This document shows positions 54,166 through 64,000 of a stretch of DNA of 64,000 nt, piece by piece. Position numbers and translations under genes: made by a program. The DNA comes from the human T2T-CHM13v2.0 reference genome, Homo sapiens. Each line of letters begins with the position of its first letter. Positions within the stretch are counted from its first letter, which is position 1. The stretch lies in assembly GCF_009914755.1 (NCBI RefSeq), contig NC_060931.1; one strand, given 5' to 3'. The notes below the pieces were generated by a model, which saw nothing but the letters and a program-made list of their open reading frames with translations, did not search any database and was not told the origin of the DNA.

Positions 54166-56973
54166 ATACAGTACAGACAGTTTTGTTTTTGACTTTTTTC
54201 ACCCATCAAAATGTCTGTGAGATTCCTCGATGGTGCTGAGTTTACCAGTTTGTTTCTTTTTATTGATGTACGTCTCTGTCGTTTTCCATGTAGGGCACTA
54301 TAAATAACAGTACTTTGACCGTTTATAAAAAATTACTCGTGTGGATGTATGCTTTTTTTCCTCTTGGGGGAAATATCCAGGCCTGGAACTTCTGGATCAT
54401 TGTGTAGGTATTTAATTTTATGATAAATTGTAAAGCCTTTTTCTAAAGTGGTTGTACCATTTTTACATGTTCACCAGTAATGTATGAGTTGCAGTTGCTA
54501 CACCTATTTGCCTACATTTAGTGTTGTTTGTATTATTCAATTTAGCCACTTATAGTTTCTGATGTCAAATGATGTTGAGCAGCTTCCCATGTGCTCGTGG
54601 GCTGTTTGTAGATCTTCCTTTAGGAAGTGCATGTTCAAGCCTTTTGCTCATTTTATTTATATATTTCCATTTGTCTTTTCTATCATTGATGAGTAGGCAT
54701 TCTTTATAGACTCTGGATATAAATTCTTGCAAGATATGCATTATCAGAATATTTTCTCTTACTCTGTGGCTTTCTTATTCAACTCAACAGTGTGTTTGTT
54801 CTAAATTAAGCTTTTTATTTTTATTTTATTTTGAGATCATTGTAGACTCAAATGCAATTGTTAGAAGTAATACACAGAGATCCCGTGTACCCATGTAGAC
54901 TCTCCCAATGGTAACATGTTACAAAAGTATAATACGGTATTACAGCCAGGACACCAGCATCAGGGCAGTCAAGACCAGAATATTTCTGTCAGCACAAGAT
55001 CCCTGCATTGCCCTTTAATTGTCACACCTTCCTCATTTCCCTTGTCCCCATCCCTGGCCCTGGCAAACCCTAATCCCTTCTCTATTTCTATACTTTTGTC
55101 ATTTCAAGAATATTATATAAAAGGAATCACACTGTGTGTGACCTTTTGGGATCACATTTTTGTCACTCAGCAAAATTCACTGCAAATTTATGGAGGTTAC
55201 TGCAGGTATCAATAGTTTGTTCCATTTTATTAGTGAGTAGTAAACCGTGGTGTGGACATATAACAGTTTGTATACCATTCACCTTTTGAAGGACGTGGGC
55301 TGTATTTAGCTTTTGGCTGTCATGACTAAAGCTGTTATCTAGGAAGGTTTCTGTGTGAACATATGTCTTCATTTCTTTGGGATAAATGCCCAAGAGAACA
55401 GTTGCTGGGTTGCATGGTAGTTGCATGCTTGCTTTTATCAGAAACCACCAGTCTGGTTTCCAGAGTGTCTATAGTACTCTGTGTAGCCACCAGCAATGTG
55501 GGACTAATCCACCTTTTTTTTTTTTTTTTTTTTTTTTACATCCTCACCGGCATCTGGCGTTCTCGCTGTTTTTTACTGTAGCCATTCCGATAGATGTGCA
55601 GTGATATCTCATGGTGGTTTAATTTGCGATTCTCTAATCGTTAATGATATTGAACATCTTTTCATGTGCTGATTTGCCATCTGTAGATTCTCTTTAGTGA
55701 AATGTCTGTTTATATCTTTTGCTCATTTTCTATTTGGATTGTTTGTTTCCTGCTACTGATTTTTGAGGATTCTTTGTATATTCTAGATGCTAGTTCTTTT
55801 TCAGATAATGTGGTTTGCCTGTATTTTCTCCTAATCTGTGTCTGTCTTCTCATCTCTCCGTAGAGTCTTTTGAAGAGCAGAAGGTTTTAATATTGATAAG
55901 GTTTAATTTGTCATTTTTCTTTTGTGCATTATGCTTTTTATGTCAGGTCTAAGAGTCTTTGCCTGGCCCCACATTACAAATATTTTCTCCCATTTTTTTG
56001 AAATGTTTTATGGTTCTACGTTTAAGTTCCTGGTCCATTTTGATTTAATTTGTATAGAAGGTGTGAAGATTAGGTAAATGTTTGATTTTTTGCCTTCTAG
56101 GTATTCAATTGCCTAGCATCATTTGTTTAAAAGTCTGTCCCTCCTCCACTGAATTTTTCACTTTTCTCAAAAGTCAGTTGGCTGCCTTGTGTTGAGTGTT
56201 TGCCAGCTCTCTATTTTATGTCTTTGATCCCTCTATGAATACCATACTGTCCTTATTACTGTAGCTAGATAGTAACTTTGAAATCAGGAAGAGTGATTCC
56301 TCATATTATTTTGCAAAATTGTTTTAGATATTCTACTTCCTTTTTTCATATAAAGCTTAGAATAATCTTGTATATATCTATAATTAAATATGCTGGTATT
56401 TGGACAATAATTCCATTACACCTGTGTGTCTGGTTGCATAGATTTTACATTTTTACTATGTTGAGTCTTTAATTCTATGGACATGGTGTGTCTCCTCATT
56501 TAATTCAGTCTTTTTGATTTCTGTTACCAGCATTTTATAATTTTCAGCATACAGGTCATAATTTCTAAAGTTAATAGCTAAGTATATCATTCTCTTTGGA
56601 GTGATTGTAAATGGTATTATGTGTTTCATTTTGGTTTCTAAATGTTCATCGTTTATAGAAATGTGATTGATTTTGTGTGTTGATCTTGTATCATGTGACC
56701 TTGTTAAACACATTAGTTCTAGAAGGGCTGTGTGAGTGTGAGTGTTTAGCTTCTTTGGGATTTCCTACATAGACAGTAACATCATCTACAAATAATAACA
56801 ATTTTAGTTCTTTCCTTCCAGTATGTACATCTTTTATTTATTTTTATTCAGTGGCGAGACCTTCCTATACTATGTTGAATAGGAGTGATGAGAGCAGACA
56901 TCCTTGATTCATTACCAAGTTTACGGAAAAATCGTTTTGTCTTTAACTGTGTTAAGTGGGATATTAGATGTAG

Positions 56974-57271
<298 letters not shown>

Positions 57272-58083
57272 AATGTAGGTTTTTAAAAATTGATTTTTAA
57301 ATAAGATTGACAGAACTCCTCTCTATTCCTAATTCGGTGAATAGTTTTTAAGATCATGAATGTTGTATTTTGTCAAATGCTTTTTCTGCCTCAATTGATA
57401 GCTCACCTAATTTTTTTCCTTATCCCATTGATGTGGTAGATTCTTTCTTTTTTTGTTTTTTGAATGTTGAACCAGCCTTACATACCTAGAAGATACTCTA
57501 CTTAGTTGCATATACGTTATTTTAATACATTACTGGATTTCATTTGCTAATATTTTGTTGAAGATTTTTGGGTCTAAGTTTATGAGAGATACTGGTCTAT
57601 AGTTTACTTTTTTGTATTTGTCAAGATTTTATATCAAGGTAGTAATAGTCTTCAAGAAATGAATTGGGAGATGTTTCTTTCTCTACTGTTTTCTGGACAA
57701 AATTATGTACATTGGTGTTGATTCTTCTTTAAATGTTTGGTAGAATTCTCCAGTGAAATCAACTGGGTCTGGAGAATTTTTATTGAGAAGCTTTTAAATT
57801 ATAAATTCAATTTCTTTAATTGCTTATGGGACTATTTGGACTATTAATATTTCATTTTGGCTGAATTTTAGTAGTTTGTAGTTTTCTAGGAATGGGTTTC
57901 TATCTTCTAAGCTGTTAAATTTGTGAGCTTAAAGTTGTTCATAGTATTCTTTTTTTAATGACTTCAATATCTGCAGTGATACCATTGTTGGTGTTGATGA
58001 TTTGTGTCTTCTCTCTTTTTATTTATTTTAGTCTTGCTAGAGGTTTATCAGTTTTTTTCTCAAAGATCCAGCTTTCTTATCAA

Positions 58084-60841
<2,758 letters not shown>

Positions 60842-61005
60842 TTATTGACTTCAGGCTTTCCCTCTTTCTAATGTAAGCATTTTAGTGCTATACATTTTCC
60901 TCTCAACACTTCTTTAGCTGCATCTCACACATATTTTGATATGCTGTATTTTCATTGTTTTGTATATTTTCATTGTTTTATTTATTTTTTATTTAATTCC
61001 AGACT

Positions 61006-61324
<319 letters not shown>

Positions 61325-61566
61325 CCAAACATTTTTTCTCTGACTTGTTTATTTTTAAAAATTCTGTCATTCAGTTTCCAGGTCTTTGGAGATATTCCTG
61401 TTGTCTTTTGGTTTTTGTTTTCTAGTTTTATTCTGTTAATACTATGGCCAGAGGATACACTCTGTATAAATTTAGTTCTTTTAATTTTTTTTAGGTTTGT
61501 TTACTAGTCTAGGATGTTTTCTATCTTGATTAATGCTCTATAGCACTTGAGGAAAAAAAAAACAAG

Positions 61567-61568
<2 letters not shown>

Positions 61569-61600
<32 letters not shown>
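61569..61600. repeat. (AC)16 microsatellite
   Basis: Direct reading. Confidence 0.98.
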
Positions 61601-61603
<3 letters not shown>

Positions 61604-62489
61604 GTGTGATGTCTACTGTATAATGTAATTGTTTTCCACCTTGTGGTTTTGGCATTTGAAAGAACAGTTAAATAATCCAAAGGGATATATTGTGGAATTT
61701 TAGGCTGTCAGGAAGTTTTTACTGTATAATTCTATCTGTAAGGAGAAAGCATACGTAGCTCAGTGCTTATTAGATTGTTTTATGGTTTGAAGAAATAATG
61801 TTTCACTTAAGGAAAAATATTCTCAAGGAAAAAATGCCCACAGTCGTCAGTGAACTGCTGAGTCTCATCTACTTCATTGCTCAGGCATGTAAGACCTTCC
61901 TGTTTACTAATAATGTTGACTTTTCCTTCTTATTGGGAAGGAAGCTAAAGAACAGCTTAATGGTTTAAAATGATGCACCTAAATTATTGATTCCATTATA
62001 TATTTAGGCAGTACATTTTTCTCTCTTGAATAATAGAAATGTCACCTACTATTTAATTTTCCTTTTTTTTTCCAGAGTAATTTTCACTATGTCTGATTAC
62101 ATAATTAGATTTGGGATACCAACTGGGTATACTTGGTAAGAAAATGAGAATTAAAATGTTTCAGAGTAAAATTATTTCAGAGCTTTTGCAAATCTTTATT
62201 TTAGATAAGGTGATTTCTATTTTTAGGTTTGTTTTTGAAATAGTCTAGGACATTTAAATTTTAACTTCTGATCAAATTAAGTTGTTTTGGTTCATTTAAT
62301 TTGTATGTTTCATGTCTTTGACAAAAGTTTTTTTTTTAATTGATGATTTTTTAAGATAAAATTTATGATTTGGAATGATCCAATTATCTAATTCCAGATG
62401 TTACTTTTGAAAGATATTAATTTCTAAGGTGTTAATTTTGCATTTTTGTGAAAATAACATACACTTCATGAATCTAACTGCTAATTTAA

Positions 62490-63300
62490 CAGCTCTGTGT
62501 GGATGTCTAGTGGGTATTTCAAACATCCTAAGTTCAACACTGAGCTCTTGTTCTTTTCCTCTGAGCCAGCTCCTTCCATCATGAGTTCCCATTTCGGGAA
62601 ATGACAACTACATCTTTCTGGTTTTTCTGGCCAGAAATTTTGGTATCATCATTGATTCTTCTTTTTCTCTTATGCTTCACCCTTAGGCCCCAGGTCTGAT
62701 CAACCATTGCCACCTTTACTGCAACCAGTTTACCAAATGACCGTCCTTTCTCATCTGGATTAACAAGATGGCCTCCTGAGTGGTCTCCCGGCTTCAGCAC
62801 TTGTAGCCCAGTTGCATCAGGGTTGAGTGCGGAGTGAGGTAGTGAAGTCAGAACTTATCAAACTTTTGCTAAAATTTCCCCATTGGCTTCCATTGTCCCT
62901 TATAAGTCCAGGGTCCCATAAGACTTCTTCCTCTTACTTTTTACCCTCATCTGTCATCCCCCGCACTCACTGCACTTCATCCACCCTGGTGTCACTGCTG
63001 GTCTTAGAACACAGTGGACTGACTCCCACATCAGCGACTTTGTACTTGCTTTTCCTGCTGTCAGGAAACCTGAGTGCATGACTCTCTTCATCAGCTGCTT
63101 CCCTTTCTTACTCAGATACCCCGTTCTCAACGAGGCCTTTTTAAAACAATCTTCCTTGTTGAAAATTGCCACTTCTTCCCCAGATTTCTTTTTTCCTCTT
63201 CTTCCTTTTATTTTTTCTATAGCATTATCATTACATTATATAAAGGTGTTTCTGTTATTATTCTGTATGTGTCTTCCTGAAAAAAAAAATCTGTGAAATC
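62490..63300 (+). mobile_element. L2 LINE fragment
   Basis: tggatgtctagtgggtatttcaaacatcc...ggccagaaattttggtatcatcattgattcttc...gaggcctttttaaaac. Confidence 0.7.
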
Positions 63301-64000
63301 ATAAACCAAAATAACACAACTTATGAAAAAAGTTATGTACAACACTGAAAAAAGTGTTATGTACAAACCTTCAAAAATCTATGGAATTTTGCAATCAGGA
63401 CACTAATAAAGAAATAATACTACTAGTAACTTTCTTCATTGATTTGCTGTTTTGATAAAAAGAGAAAGGGCTTCCAAGATGCACCTTCAACTTCTCTCAA
63501 TAGTGTAATGTCATAGAAAGTGAAGTGGTTTGTGAAGCCCCTAAACTGGCCACTAGTCACTACCTGCACTACACAAAGGAAGGCCCTTTTTTTTTTTAGT
63601 TTTTAAAATTGTAATTTGTTGTGCTGCTGCTGCTGATCATTTCCTTTTATTTTAAGGCTCACCTTTGGGTTCAGTGATAAAGCTTGTTCATAAGCACCTT
63701 AGATCCTTAATATTCCAGGGGGAAATCATACATAAATCACTACAACTTCTGTGTTATACAAATATCAGTTCCTATCTCTCAACCACATATGAAGTAATTT
63801 GAATAAAAGAAATATGTGCGTTAGTAAAACCGACTATACTATATATTTTCTTTGTTTCCTGTTTATCTCCCTAAACTAGAAGATAAGCTCCATGAAGGTG
63901 TGATCCTATTCTGTGTTCCTTTTTCAAAATTCTCATTTGTGTTCCCATTTCATAGACGTTTACTAGGTATTTAAGAAATATTTGTTGAATGACAGAGCAA

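Overview
Primate genomic DNA, most likely human or ape: it carries AluY, L1PA3/4, MER11 and THE1 elements. The window is repeat-dense and looks like a long intron or intergenic region. I cannot support any protein-coding gene, RNA gene, CRISPR array or host gene identity. The ORF track consists of L1 ORF2 remnants, Alu read-through, a minisatellite and chance ORFs. Subfamily calls are from remembered consensus motifs, not a RepeatMasker run, and boundaries of old elements are approximate. Three things are not explained by ordinary repeat annotation. (1) A 32 x 15-bp minisatellite (38446-38925) that appears to have been born by fold-back inversion of an L1 3' UTR; each unit junction reads as a pyrimidine-AG|GTAGG splice-site-like motif. 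(2) A ~7 x 38-bp tandem array (45548-45813) with a CRE palindrome or a near variant in every unit. (3) A cluster of locally templated insertions, where 28-165 bp pieces were copied from 1.4-6.3 kb away into an L1 and a MIR. All functional interpretations are hypotheses.
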